Shown here: piece by piece, positions 16,930-33,026 of the stretch
How the letters are laid out: the number at the start of each line of letters is the position of its first letter
How positions within the stretch are numbered: position 1 is the stretch's first letter
Source of the DNA: the human T2T-CHM13v2.0 reference genome, Homo sapiens
Assembly (NCBI RefSeq): GCF_009914755.1
Contig: NC_060929.1
Reading direction: 5' to 3' (one strand)
DNA length: 64,000 bases
Program-made: the position numbers and the translations under genes
The notes under the pieces: generated by a model
What the model was told of the DNA's origin: nothing
Seen by the model: only the letters and a program-made list of their open reading frames with translations
Database searches by the model: none

Positions 16930-17062
16930 GAAGATCAAGAGCATGCCCAGTGCCCAGAAAGTTTCCCTGTGCCCTCCCAACTAATACCTCCTCATCAAGG
17001 TAACTACAACTTCTAACTTTCTATCATCACTGATTAACTTTGCCTGTTCTTGAACATCCTAT
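16930..17062 (-). mobile_element. Old L1 (L1ME-like) 3' fragment
   Basis: cccagaaagtttccctgtgccc...ggtaactac...ctttgcctgttcttgaac resembles recalled L1ME 3' sequence. Confidence 0.55.
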
Positions 17063-18823
17063 CGATGGGTCAGAGAGTACTCTTCAAAGCTCATGTTTTT
17101 AACCAATCCACTCTATGGCTTCCTGGCCCAATGAGTAGGAAAGGTAGATTTGGTGCTTGGTGGTTCCTCTGTGAAACCATGACTGCAAAGAGTGCAGCTT
17201 ATTTTTAAATCTGAGCTTCTGACCTGTCCCCAACCAGCAGCTGCGTGCAGACACTAGAAGAGCCATCCACAGCACCTGCAGTGATTTGTTAGAGGCCATC
17301 TCTACCACTCTGTCACAAAATGAAACTTAGAAAAGTAAATGTAGGTGTTCTTCTGGAGCCTTTAATACCTAGGAAAGCCATGGAGTTCATGCACATTGGA
17401 GAGAGACTCACTTGCAAACCAAGCTACAGGGAGAAAAGTTGAACAAAATGCTTCCATTCAAATTCTCTATAAGCTGCCCAGAAGATCAAAGAAGAAAATA
17501 AGTGAAATCAACATCTTCTCATTCCCTGAGCCATTTCCTATGAGAATGATGATGCAAGAACTCACACAGCCTCCTCCAGGCAGAAAGGTGTGCATGGTTC
17601 AGCCAACTCCAAAGGATCCAGATGCTTATTGTGGCTGCTTTACAGCCTCTCCATCGACACAGGGCCTCCTTCCTCCTGAGTGTAGCTTTACTAGTAAGCG
17701 TTTAATGGAGGCTTTGAGCTTAAATCTCTTTACTAGTTAGGAGCTCCTTTTAAAATCTAGCAGAGTACACTAGACAGGGGATTGAAACGGCTGACAAAAA
17801 CCTATAGCCAGCACAAAAGTAAGTGCCACCTTGTGCCAATGGTAAACAGCTGAAAGGGGATTGTGTCTCACAGGTAAATAGTGTGGTCCTCTGCAGCCTA
17901 CAATGCCAGGAATAAATTCCCAGGCATCTGGTTTCTCCTGCTGATTCCTCTTCAGATGCTCATTTCAACCAGCCACATTCTTTCCCAGCTATAGGAGTAG
18001 ACAGGCCTTCAGAAGTGATTAAATCTCACAGCTGCCCACACTTACCCCTGTTGATGGGTGTCCACTGCCTTGTCTTCAGACTTCCTTGGGGAAGGAAGCG
18101 TCACCCCTCCTAATAATGAAGACAAAAGGTGATAATCTCATCGGCTGCCTTTCTCTACTTTTTATTCATAGCTGCTTCTTAGCCACTTGGATATCCACCT
18201 TCTCCAAGCCTCAGTTGCATCCTCTATAGGTGGGTATAGAGTGGGTGGCATGGTGATAATGGAGCTAAGATAATGTACTGAGCATTCATTATACAACACT
18301 GCTCTGAGTACTGTACAGACAATAACTGCTTTAACCCTCCCAGCAGCACTATCTACCATCGTGATCATCATCATCATCAACATCATCATCATCTCCATTT
18401 TATACATGAGGGAAACTGAAGCACAGAGCAGTTAATTGCCCATGGTCAACAGCTAGGTAATAGTCAATCTGAGATTCAAACCCAGATACCCTGTTCTATA
18501 ATCTGACATTTAAGAGTTACATTATTCTGCTTTGCAGGATTTCCATGAATCTTTAAATTAAAAAAAAAATGTAAATTCTGCTCAATCTATAGCATTTGTT
18601 ATTCCTATTAATTATTATTATTAACCTATCACTGTTTGGAAATTAAGTATTTTTGCCAAGATTCAACCAGCCCATAGCCTACACCAGTGGATGACTCTAA
18701 ATATAAGGGAATATTAATTTCATTTACTTTTGCATCTTTTTTTTAAAATGAAAAAGTGGAAGACTTCAGGGAGTTTCTGGTTATAGTTATAGTTCATTGG
18801 ACATATACTATATACCAGACTGA

Positions 18824-18871
18824 CATATATATATATATATATATATATTTGAATTTATATATATATATATA
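18824..18871. repeat. (TA)n microsatellite, interrupted
   Basis: Read directly. A (CAT)n tract is also present at ~18357-18393. Confidence 0.9.
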
Positions 18872-21753
18872 AATTTATTTATTCTTCATCACATAACCCT
18901 ATGGCATATGTACAATTATAACTCAGTTTTTAATGCAAGGAAACTACAACCCAGCAAGGCTGATTACCTTTCCAAGCTCACACAGCCAGGGAACTAGCAG
19001 AGACGAGCTTCAAACCCAAATCCATCTGATTCCAGAGGCCAGGCTGTCACCTCTGATGCTGTGTAGAATTTTTGGCTTTTTACCTTGGGACTTCTAATCC
19101 AAAGGTTTCAATTCAGCATTAATGAACCTGTTTCACGTTGCCAGAACTGTTATGGAAGAATCTCTCTGATTTGCTTTATCAAAAGCAATAAATAGAATGC
19201 CTTGGTATCATTCCCAGAAAGTTTCTCCATGATCACATTTCTCTGAAATTGTCATTACAATTAGCTTATGACGTGTATGAGTAGACTAGAACCAGAGCTG
19301 TGATTTAGCGTCCGTTCTGACAGAAAACACCTAGATAATTCTTTTTGGCCCCGTTTCACTGAGTGAAGTAAGATTAAGCAGACATGAGCCACCGCAGTGT
19401 GGGCTGATTCAGAAGGCCTAAGTCGCTTTCCCATAACCGCTGAGTCAGTATTGGGCCCTTTTTGAGGACTCTGCAAACCTCTCCTACCATCCTCACCCCC
19501 TTCCCCAGGAAAAAGCCAACCAGACTAACAAATAAGTAGGTAGATAAATAAATAAAGAAATCGTCCATTGTCATAGGAGGGCCAGGCCGCTTTCCCTCTG
19601 CTGTTGAATGGAGACATCGGCCACCTCTCAGGTCCTGAACTGGCAATTCAGAACAGTTTGATTGCCTGCTTGATTGTTTGCGAGATAACTGCAAGATTGT
19701 CAGTGACAGGGTAATTTACTGAAGATTGCAATGTCAGACTCCATCCAAGGGGCTTGCTGGCATAAAGACGCGATTCTCATGACTGACAGGCCACTGGGAG
19801 ATTGGAGTGCCAATTTAAAGTTCACAGTGTCGTCTGAAAGTGTTTGGCGGCTGCAGCCCATAATCACGCAGCATGATGAGGTCATTATAGGCATAACGTA
19901 GGCTCCTACTTAATAACGGGTAGAACCCCAAATGCACAATCTCTGGAGCAGGTAAATGTAAATATGTAGGAGGAAATCATTTGTATCCTATTTTCTTTCT
20001 GTTTTGGCATTTGTCATCTGCTATTGCTGATGTGCTTAGGCCATCTCCTGCCAGACAGGCCCTTGAATCAAAAGCCCAGGATCAACAAAACAGTGGGGAA
20101 ATTTGAAGTTCACAATTCTGAAGCAGTCACAAGCCCGGAAAGAGTGACAGGCTGGAGGGGGAGGGGGAGGCAAATGTTCAGCACTCAATAGGAAAACTGT
20201 CTTAAGTTATTCTTCAAGCCCAAAGAGGTCTTCAAGGCGGTTATATGGAGCGGGTGGTAAATGGGTTGGAGGGGGAGGAAATATTTCCCCAGCTTCAGGA
20301 GGGAAAGGCCACCAGAGATGGATGATACCCCTAATTGGAAGAGGCCTGTGACCTTAAAGAAATCTATAGTGCTAACAGCAGTGGGTTTCTTCTCACCTGA
20401 GAAGCTTCTTGTGGCTGCTGAAGGAAGCCCTGCCAGCATATCTCAGCAGGTTATTTTTTAAATCTGAAACAGGCATTCCGTGGTAGAGCCCTTCTGTCTT
20501 TTGAAGGCAGCCCGTGGACAGTGATGTTCAAGGCAGAATTCTATGCACTTTTTTTCTTCTTTTTCTTATGCTGCCAATGGCCCTCCAGATTGGACAGCCT
20601 GAATGTGGATCTGAAACAATGCCTGGATATCATCCTGCTACTAAGATACAATCTCCAGTGCTGTTTCTAGGGTCTGAGGTTTGCCAGGCTCCGGGGAACT
20701 GGGGAGTATCCGATTCAGCCAGCATATCAGCCCGAGATGTTCAGAGCCTTGATTTTGAAAGTCTCTCAATCTAAAGTGTGCATGCCTGCTCACCCTCCTG
20801 TGTCTGCATTTCTAGGAAATTGTGTAAATCTAAATGTGTTACGAGGCACATGAGCAACATTTGCCCATGTGGAAAATGAGAGGCTAGTTTTAGTAATTTA
20901 AAGCCAGGCAAAACATGCAACCTCCTAATTTGTTTGTTTGCTAAAAAGAAAGTAATGCATTAAAATAATTGCACATTAATTGCTAAATTACAGTGGAACT
21001 TTGGTGAAATTACATATTTCATTTTCATTAGCGGAACCAAACGAAAAGGGTAATGCCAAAAAATTACATTGTAGTAAATTTAAAGCACCCAGCCAGGCCT
21101 CTGATTCAGCGTTCCAGTACAAGTGTTTGTCAAGGCACAGCCCAGGGTTTGAGTGCGTGTTTCCATGGTTCTAATTATGGTCCAAAAAAATGCCTTGCTA
21201 TCAAATCCAGGAGGTGCAAGCAAGTTATTCTCCAAGCTTCTCCACTGTGTATTCAATCCGCTCCCAGCCGAGTGAATAAGGATTGACTAACGAATTCGTT
21301 CTTATCAGAAATTCCAAGGAGCAAACACTGCCCTAAACATTCCCATCTTCAGCCCTCACAGACAGGTGAGGAATGGGAAACAGTCATTTTATTCATTCAA
21401 CAAACATCTGTTGAGTGCCCGATTCTGTGCTTGGTACTAAGAGAGGAATGAATATAAAATTAATAAGACATCATTTTTCTCTTCAAAGAGCTCATTTTCC
21501 AGATAGGGAGGCGAGCATTAAGAGGTCATTAATTCTACTATAAGAAAGTTGGCATTAACAATGGTTTTTAAATCGTATTGTGTGTTAGAATCACCTGAGA
21601 ATCATGTTTAAAATGCAGATTCCAGGGCCTGCTCCTGGAGGCTCTCCCTGGGGAGATGTGGGGTGGGCCGTTTATTCTTCCTGCAGGATTCTGATGCAGA
21701 ATGCTTCTTTGAGAACCTCTGATTCAGGGATGTACAGAACAGGGATTCCTAAC

Positions 21754-22118
21754 TGTCTTGGTCAGTTTGGGCTGCTACAACAAAAATACCATAGACTAGG
21801 GGGCTTAAACAACAAACATTTATTTCTCGCAGTCCTGGAGGCTGGGAAGTCCAAGATCAAGGCACCAGCAGATTCAGTGTCTGGTGAGGCCCTGATTCTT
21901 GATTGATAGACTGCAGTCTTCTTGCTGTGTCCACACATGGCAGAAAGAGTACTGAAGTGCTCTCTGGGGTCTCATTTATAAGGACACTCATCCATTTATA
22001 GGAGTTCCACCTTCATGACTTAATTACCTCCCAAAAGCCCCATTCCTAATACCATCACATTGGGAGTTAAGTTTTCAACATTGAACTTCGAAGGATCACA
22101 GACATTCAGTTTGTAGCA
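21754..22118 (-). mobile_element. MLT1A/MLT1A0-like MaLR solo LTR
   Basis: tgtcttggtcagtttgggctgc...ctggaggctgggaagtccaagatcaagg...cattcagtttgtagca; TG...CA ends; near 5-bp duplication ctaac/ataac. Confidence 0.85.
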
Positions 22119-22609
22119 ATAACCTGGCCAGGGGCATCATCCAGAAGGCTTCCTGGAAGAAGAGGCCAACCTAAACTTGATCTTAAAGGATGAGTCAGTC
22201 CTGTCAGTTTCCCCCACTCTACCATTAGCTCCTTAAAGACAGTCTCCATGGTTCTTTGCTCTCTCTCATTTCCAGCACATGGAGACCACTCAAATATTTG
22301 TTGAATGGTAGTTGAGTAAATAGGAATCAGCCCAGGTAAAGGGATAGAGGCACAGGACTCTAGGCAAGTGCATAATAATGTTCCGAGTCCTGAGGGCGTG
22401 CAGGAAGACAGAACCAGAAACTACTGCGGAAACTGCAGGCTTAATTTCCAGATTCCCAAGCCAAAGCCATTTCTCCACATTTCCTAGAAAATGTAATACT
22501 CTCAGCACCCAGGTTTCCAATTGGTCAGCAGTTCCCTTCCTGGCTTAGAGAGAGTGGGATAGAATACTTTTCTCCGTTAAAGTGAGATTTAAGGAATTCC
22601 ATGCATTTT

Positions 22610-22764
22610 AGTTTTTTTTAATTTGATAAAAAAATTGTATTTCTAATAGAGACAGGGTCTCACTATGTTGCCCAGGTTGGTCTCGAATTCCTGGGCTCAA
22701 GTGATCCTTCTGCTTCAGCCTCCCAAAGTGCTAGGATTACAGGTGTGAGCCACCATGCCCAGCC
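22610..22764 (-). mobile_element. FLAM/Alu left monomer, antisense
   Basis: Single arm; target-site duplication aattccatgcatttt. Confidence 0.9.
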
Positions 22765-23048
22765 AGAAATTCCATGCATTTTGATTACTTGTGCACCCAT
22801 TAGCACGGACCCCTGGGAACTGACCGTGGGTAATTTGCTGTGCTGTGTTGTTTAAAAGCGAAGTTTTTGTTTTTATTTTCCCACTCAAATAATACGTGTT
22901 CATAGTAGAAAAAAGTAGAAATTCCAGAAAAGCACAATAAAGAAGAGAAACACACTAATCTGCTACATGAGGATAACCATTTGTCAACATTTTAAATTAT
23001 TTCCTTTCAGTCTTTTATTTTCTATGTGTATGGATTGGAATTGGATGA

Positions 23049-23405
<357 letters not shown>

Positions 23406-24997
23406 TAGGCACCCTCTGTCCCTGCAAACTCCTGAAGTCTCTGATTTTCTTCCTGTTGGAGCCAGAGGCAGTTCTCCAGCTTTCCCGGGGACCCAATTGG
23501 CCTGGAATCTGCCCCCCTAGAGGCAGCTCCCTCCAAGGGGGACTCAGAGAAGTGCCCTTTCCTCACTTTGTGTTGGGCTCCAGAACAGAGCCCTAGTGTC
23601 TTTGCAGGATGTCAACATCTTTAACCCAGAACCTGCTGGAGACACCTGTTGATTCCCTGGTTTTTAGATCATTTTTAAAATCTGTTATTTTATGATGTTA
23701 TTGTCATTATATTAAATCTCCCTTTAAAATGCCTCTGATAGTGGCTTTTGTTCGAGCATTGCTGAAATAGTTCATTCAATAGAGTGTTTTTGAAAGCTGT
23801 TATTAACTTGATAACATAACCTATCATTTGGTGGCATCTTAGAGTCAAGAAGATGTTGGTTGCAAGGATTTATTGAGCACCTAGGATGAGCCAGAGACTT
23901 TGTGTAGATTATCTCTAATCCACACAACAATCCCATCTATTGCCTCTCCTGATTACCTATTGCGTGCAAGCCATTGTGCCACTGCATTTCACCCCTCATT
24001 CTCTCCAGTTTATTATTGCTCTTAGTTGCTAATTTGAGGCTTAGAATATTCTAGGGTCAAGTTCTAGATTCATTTTGTCTTCAACTTCACCCCAGGACAA
24101 GTTAGAACTGTGCTCCTGGAGAAGAGAGCAAGGGGAAGGTTTGTCTTGGAGACACTTCCCCACCACCCCATCCCCTCCTCTTTTCTATGCACTACGTATG
24201 ATTCTGAGGGTAGAGAGGAGGGGTAGGAGAGGCTGGGGGTCTTCTTATGGCTTGGCCATGCTTGATCTTCCTCTCAGTTGGTCCAAGTCCAGATGTCGAT
24301 GGTGTATGCTGATGCAAGAAGGAGGAGCGTGGTCTAATTGGGGATGCCCCGCCCCATCTCTGTGGTCCTTCACATCAAGAAATAAAAACTGCTGGTCAGG
24401 TCCTTTTTCACAAAACTTCTAGATACTAGGAACTTGGGTAGGATGGTCCTGGCCCCTTTGCAGCCCTGACGACCCCCATTGTGCCATCTTTGTCTTATTT
24501 CTCTTTAGCCTCATTCAGGTAGGCCCAGGAGCAACTCTGGATGTATGCTACTTCTCTCGGCTTCCAAGCAGGGAAGAAATACTAGACTTCCCTTCTTACA
24601 GAAGCACCTAACTTTATAAGTGATTCTCTCGGAGCCCCTCTCATGAGCCTTTCATCGGTCCCCAACCGAGACAGCCCAGCGAGGGTGGGATGGGGAAGGA
24701 ATGGGTGTCAGCACAGCTGATTCTACAGCCTCTTAGAGCTCTCTGGAAAGTTGGAGAGCCCCAATTCCTGCAGCTCTTTTGAATATGAGTGTCTTAACAA
24801 GGTCACCTTAGGCCAACAACTTTTGCTTCTCTCTGTTGTCATTTTTACTAAAAATAAAATAGAAAAAGAAATAATAGAAAGGTAAAAATAATCTCAGCCC
24901 TCTTCTATTTCAGCCCTGATACCTCCTAGCGATATCATGTTGGGCTCGTAAACCTCATTTTCTTGATTAATAAAATTAGGATAACACTATTTAAATA

Positions 24998-25449
24998 CGT
25001 AAAAGTTGATCAGACAAATTGGGTCATTCTTGTCATACCCAACTAAAGCAGAGGCAAGAAGCCAGGAAGAAAAAGCACTCTGGGCACATAACATTGCCCT
25101 AGAAATGTAATTCTCCCCAGGCCTGGCTACTGAAACTGTCTGTTGTAACCGGAAACCAGTTGATCTAATAGCGACTGAAACAACCTACTATGACTCTAAG
25201 ACTAGTTTTACCCACCACCATCATTCACCAGTCAGAACTCACCAGATCGCCAAAACTTTACCAGTCCCAGTGAACTTTCTCTCAAAAGAATAAGTAACAT
25301 TTCTCCTTATAAAACCTCCAAACTTCTCTTTGTTCTTCAGACATCCTGAAGACTACCCCCATGCATATGCCCTGAATTGCCATTCTTGCTTCCCAAATAA
25401 AACATTTTAAATTTAGAGATTAATCTTTCTATTTTATTTGACTTTAACA
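24998..25449 (+). mobile_element. ERV solo LTR (LTR47-like), sense to TENM2
   Basis: ~450 bp ending ...gactttaaCA with TATAAAA (25308-25314) and AATAAA (25396-25401). Family name from recollection only. Confidence 0.7.
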
Positions 25450-27667
25450 TATACTATACACAGTATTATTACTGTTTCTTTTAGTAGAAGAACCTCTCAA
25501 GAAAATAAAAGAAACCACAGATCTCTGATAAATAAAAAGCATTTACTCTGCTTGTTAAATCCTAGCTCTAGAACAGATTCTGTAAGTATGCTTCCTTTTA
25601 ATTATGAACATAATTCATCTTGCTAGAGACCCGTGACTGGGCAGAGCTTGCACTGGGCCATAAGCATTTCAGTGGGGTTTGTAGTTTGCTTATACTGAAA
25701 ATGCATCCTCTGAAGGCCTGTTTCAATCTGCTTCCTCATTAACCTATCATTATTTCTACCCTAAATCCAGTCATTTCCTGATATTCTCCCTTTCATGCTT
25801 TCTCCACCTGGCCCTTCTGGTTTTATCTTATTCTCCTCATCAATGGTTACCACTTCCAGAAGGCACCTTGAGCTAGAGCCAAAATACAGGTGAACAGTCA
25901 GGAACCCCAGAATATTTGGTAGACTATGCCAGCCCAGGAGACCTGAAAGAAAGTTGCTTTAGAGAAAGCGTCTCGGAAGCTTTAAATGTAAACAATAAAT
26001 GGCACTTCCCAAATGAGCCCAGGCTCTCCGGCTGTCTGCATGGATACATAATTCAGAAATATGAAATGTAACTCCAAGACATAGGTTGAAGTTCAGTAAG
26101 CGTGTGAATTCCAGTACATTATCATCTTACAAATAACGAAGGACAAAGCTAGGAGTAAAAAAGAACTCGAAAATTCAAGATTTCTAAAAGGGCGTTCCCC
26201 TAGATAATGGCATACAAAAATAACTAAAATGCCTTGACTCCACCACTATAATTTATAGAGCAGATCTCACTATCTAGATAATGCGATAATTGTTACACAT
26301 CAATAATCATAAATAGAAATGAACTGATAGTATGTCTTAGCTGAATCTTTTCTGCAAATTGACTGCCTGGAAACGATAGGAAGCCAGCAGCAAGGAAGAA
26401 TTTGAAAAATAGAGGATAGAAATCACAGGCAGCACTACTCCTGTTATTCCTATGGCACACTGCAAAGCCTTCTGCTACAGGAATGATTTAAAAGAAATAG
26501 CAGTTGTAGAAAAAGGAAGGGTGGGGGGACTCCATTGTGGAATGTACTTTCAATTTTGTTTTCTCATCACGAGCACTGTGTACCTTGTGGTCGTCAACAC
26601 ACATCACTGATTTTAAAGTAGTGTCTGGTAAGGTCTTAAAGAAATCTTAGTCCGAGCTAAGATAAGAAAATGGAATTGAACAAAAGGATTATTTTCATAA
26701 ATTAGTTTTCCACTTTAAAAGAGACTAGCATTGTGGTTAAAACCAGCTAAAAATGGCATTCATTTGTTAGGCAGCCAGTAGCAGACAATTAGAGCTGTCA
26801 GTGGAACAGTCTAAACACTCCTGAGATCATCAAAGGGTTGGAGTTGAACAGCTGGGGGTATTGCTAATAAAAAGAGAGATGCGTGGAGACAGCATCCCTC
26901 CGGTTTTCAGGACACCCAGGAATGCAAAAGTAAGTGCATCCAAAAATCGAGCCGACTTTGACAAGATTGTGACAAAGGACGGGTCAGTTGATCACCTAGT
27001 TCAGAAACTGGGAGTGTGTCCAGGATGCTGGGAGCCTGAGAACCTCTCTTCTTTTGCCAAATTGCCCAGTCTGCTGGGGGCTTGGTGCAGAAATGGAGCT
27101 TCTCATTGTCCCATTTCTCTGTGAAGTCAAGAGAATTCAGATGAGAGGAGGCATGCACATTCTCCCTCCATGGACTTTGAGCACAATATTGTAGCATCTC
27201 TCTGGCTTTATAGGACTTTCCCAGGGGTAGCTGGTTGGAAACCGGGATTTGTGGGAAAGTTCTAGTTACTGTGTCTGGAAAGAGGGAGATGTTCTGTAAC
27301 ACTGGAAATAAATTGGTAGGATTTCAAAACCCTTCAAGATAGCAGGAATTCGACATAAGAGAAATATGTAGTAACACAGAATCCAGAATCCAATATATTT
27401 CTAGCAGAAAAAAAGTGTATATAGATATATACACATTTTTATTGAATGTGTATATTGAAGGGTTTTGCTATATATATCTCCAAAGTTCTCGTTTCCTCAG
27501 ACCCTCATGGATTATGAGAAATTTTGCTCTTAGAGGGCAGCAAAAGACAATGCATGTGTATTTCCCAGCCATAAAACTCTCTGTGCTCCCCTCTACCCAC
27601 TCTGACATTCTGGCCTCTAGAAGAGTAACATGGCCATCCTCCAAAGCCAAAAAATGGAAATAAGTAG

Positions 27668-28153
<486 letters not shown>

Positions 28154-28404
28154 TGAGTAGCTTTGTGGGGCTCGGACCTACTCAGGACCACACGTGTGTG
28201 CAAAGGGACAGACGGTGCTGTTGGCTTGGAACCACAGGATTCCCCCTGGTGGACTGGAATGTCCACCAGGCCTGTCCCCTAGTGAGGATTCCCCCAAAGA
28301 CATTTCATGCTTTTTGATGTGACATCAAAAACAGAAAATAAATAGGAAAGCCAGCTTACCTAGTACAGCTCACAGCCACCTCGTTTTTTTAATGTCAGGT
28401 CAAT

Positions 28405-28408
<4 letters not shown>

Positions 28409-28468
<60 letters not shown>
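28409..28468. repeat. (GT)30 perfect microsatellite
   Basis: Counted directly. Confidence 0.97.
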
Positions 28469-28469
<1 letters not shown>

Positions 28470-29310
28470 GGGGTGGGGGCAGGTTCTAGAAAAAGAAGGG
28501 AAGGTAGCTCTTAGAAACGAACTCCTGTTTTAAATCAAAGGCAGTGCAGGGTGACAGGAATCCACATGACATAGTGTCCTGTGGTGATCCCCTTCTGCTT
28601 TCATCTGTGGCTTTAGGAGTTGTGTTGTTTTCGCTACTGTTTGGAGGGGGTGGCGTGTAATCAGAGAAGTCTAATTAAATACATTTAGCAGTCACCCTGC
28701 TGTGTGAAGGAGGCAACCTTTCCCTATTATCTTCTGATTGGAAACGTGTACCCGTTCAGCCTCCATCAAGATGAAAGCTCTGTCATTTCCTTAATCCATT
28801 TGGGCATAGAGTAGAAATTTAAAGAAGAAGAAAAGAAATCTATGGGAGGGAGAAAACACTAACTTACTCTGGGCTAAAAAACACACAGACACACACACAA
28901 TTATGGCATTCTGTTTTAAATGAAAAGGGAACTGTGGCTACCAATCTGATCCAACACTCTTTCTGTAAAATGCACTCTGGAAAATCTTGGATGTATCACA
29001 GAAGTAAGAACAGGGATTTTTTACCTTTCTCTGGCGAAGAGTCTGGCCTTATTTTCTTTCTTGCCCTAAGGTAGCCTTATAGGCAGTTTCAACAATTACC
29101 AGCCCCCAGGAGCCCTAACTTCACTCTCCCACCTCTGAAACCCAAACAAGGAGTCTAAGGATTCATATCAAATCTTCAATATTCATGAAATTTCTGATAT
29201 CTCACTCATACATTTCTGTAGCCAAATCTAATTATTTTAAAGCACAGGATGGCAGATGTGTGCCTTGCAAAATTACTCTGGCCCTTGTTCGTTCTTAGAA
29301 GCCGGTGGGG

Positions 29311-29658
<348 letters not shown>

Positions 29659-30275
29659 TGAAGTCCCATGAAACAACAGAAGGAGACATTTCTGAGTCCC
29701 TGATGTGCTATTTTCCCTTTCTTCTGCATCCCTCTCCACTGCTTCCTGAGTAATTATGCCCCAAGTCCACTTCCCAGATCATCTATCCAACCTCCTGGAT
29801 CAGTTACTCTTCAGCTTGTTCAGGTTGTAAAGCTGTGGAAGTCACAGGACGTGCTTGAGAATGCTCTGAGGAATCCCACAATCTGTTGCATAGTGGCGTG
29901 TGCCCCAAATATTCATGTTGATTCTACCGTGCCAACTAGGAACAATTTTACTTCAAGACATTTGACTCTCTTCTGTACTCTATGCAGAACTATCCCCAGC
30001 AGTGTGCATGCCCGATAAATAAGCACATAAATAAAGTAATTAATAAGTAAACTATTGTACTGTACATGCTCTGATATTTGTCTTAATATTCCTATGCTCC
30101 CTGTTCATTCACATTTACTAAAAAAGACCAAATGTGTTACTAAGATTGGATGAAACCAGCGAGTCAAGTATATTTTTACCGAGTTTTTACTGTGATCCAA
30201 GTACTCTTAGCTGCTGGGGATTCTGAAGGGAGCAAGACAGACAGCACCACTGCCCTCAAAGAGATGAAATTCTAA

Positions 30276-30648
<373 letters not shown>

Positions 30649-30885
30649 TTAATTGGGAAAGAGCTACCTTTATTCTACTTTACAGGTAATACACCTCCAT
30701 CCAGCTCTTAAGAAACGAACAGAAATATAGCTTAAGAACCATTGGCAAAGAAATCAGCCACAGAGCAGAGGCTGATTAGAAGAATGCTGTAATGAGCTCC
30801 TCTCTGTGTCCTAACGTAGTATCGTTATAATTACACTATTTATTGAACATTCTATTAGCCTAGGACTGTGCTAAGTGCTTTACAC

Positions 30886-31422
<537 letters not shown>

Positions 31423-31709
31423 GCTCTACACTCATGATGTTTCACTCTTAGTCATGCCATGTGTATTGGTGTAATTATTCCCATTTTACAGATGAAGAAA
31501 CTTGGGCTGAGAGAGGGTTAGTAACTTGCCCATTGCCACTCAGCTAGTAAGTGATAGAGTTTGGGTTCCAGCCCCACCTGTCTGCCTCCAAAGCCCATGG
31601 TCTCCTCTGTGCTCTGCCCATCGCATGGCCATCAGGGGAGGAGGAGAGGCATCCTGCCTTGTCTAAAAGTGAGTCTACCCCCTCATCAGCTCATTTACTC
31701 CCTCTCCAG

Positions 31710-31971
31710 GTTCGACCTGATCGCAAATGGAGGTGCTTCCTTGACTCTACACTTTGAGCGAGCCCCGTTCATGAGCCAGGAGCGCACTGTGTGGCTGCCG
31801 TGGAACAGCTTTTACGCCATGGACACCCTGGTGATGAAGACCGAGGAGAACTCCATCCCCAGCTGTGACCTCAGTGGCTTTGTCCGGCCTGATCCAATCA
31901 TCATCTCCTCCCCACTGTCCACCTTCTTTAGTGCTGCCCCTGGGCAGAATCCCATCGTGCCTGAGACCCAG
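31710..31971 (+). CDS. TENM2: TENM2 coding exon (262 nt): [17 protein letters not shown]...NPIVPETQ
   Basis: Acceptor cctctccag|GTTC, donor CCCAG|gtagga; phase 2 to 0. Confidence 0.96.
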
Positions 31972-32690
31972 GTAGGAATGGCAGTGCCAGGGCGGGACTC
32001 TCAGGACTTCCCTAACGAAAACCAACTGGACACTGCCTCTCCCCGAGTGGACCAGAAACTAATATTGTAGGGGAGTAAAAAAAGTGGGAGCATAATAAAA
32101 TTTATAGCCACCAGAGATGAAAGTTTGAATCCCTCTTGGCTGTTCTGGATGTCTGCAGATAGTCGTTCAAGACTTTGGCAGTCATCAGAGCTTTTAATAA
32201 AATAAAAACAACATACATATGTGCAACCCACCTGCAAATTGCTTTTTGTTCCTGTTAGTCACAGAGATACATGGTAAGAGGCGCTTTAATGATCTACATC
32301 GGTGTTACGACAGAGGGCATATTACATTATTGCCTCCCTGTTGCTTTATACGGATTGTCAGTGGAAGTTGTAGGTTCGTATAATTACAGCCTCTCGTGGC
32401 CTCCTTGCATGCAGCTAGCAATAAAGCCTGCTGTTCTTATTTACATCTTTTGCCAACAGTGTGGCTTTTTAAAAAGAAACACAACAGTGACCAAGAATAA
32501 TTATTAATCCAAAAATCATAACCTCAGCCCCATCACTCTATGGTGGAAGATAAAGTTTTTGTTGTTGTTGTTTTTCTTTCTCAGTGGTGGTAAGTGGTTC
32601 TTGCACCCACATAAGATGTGATGCCTCAGTGAGGGACATAGCAGACAGACAGTATCGGGGTTACAGTTTACCTGCACAGGTGTGTTTTAG

Positions 32691-33026
<336 letters not shown>

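Noticed and set aside
17860-17880. Possible recursive splice site ctcacag|gtaaat
   Set aside because: Weak pyrimidine tract; the motif is common and cannot be supported without RNA data.
23509-23527. CTCF-like motif ctgcccccctagaggcag
   Set aside because: Mismatches the core spacing in both orientations.
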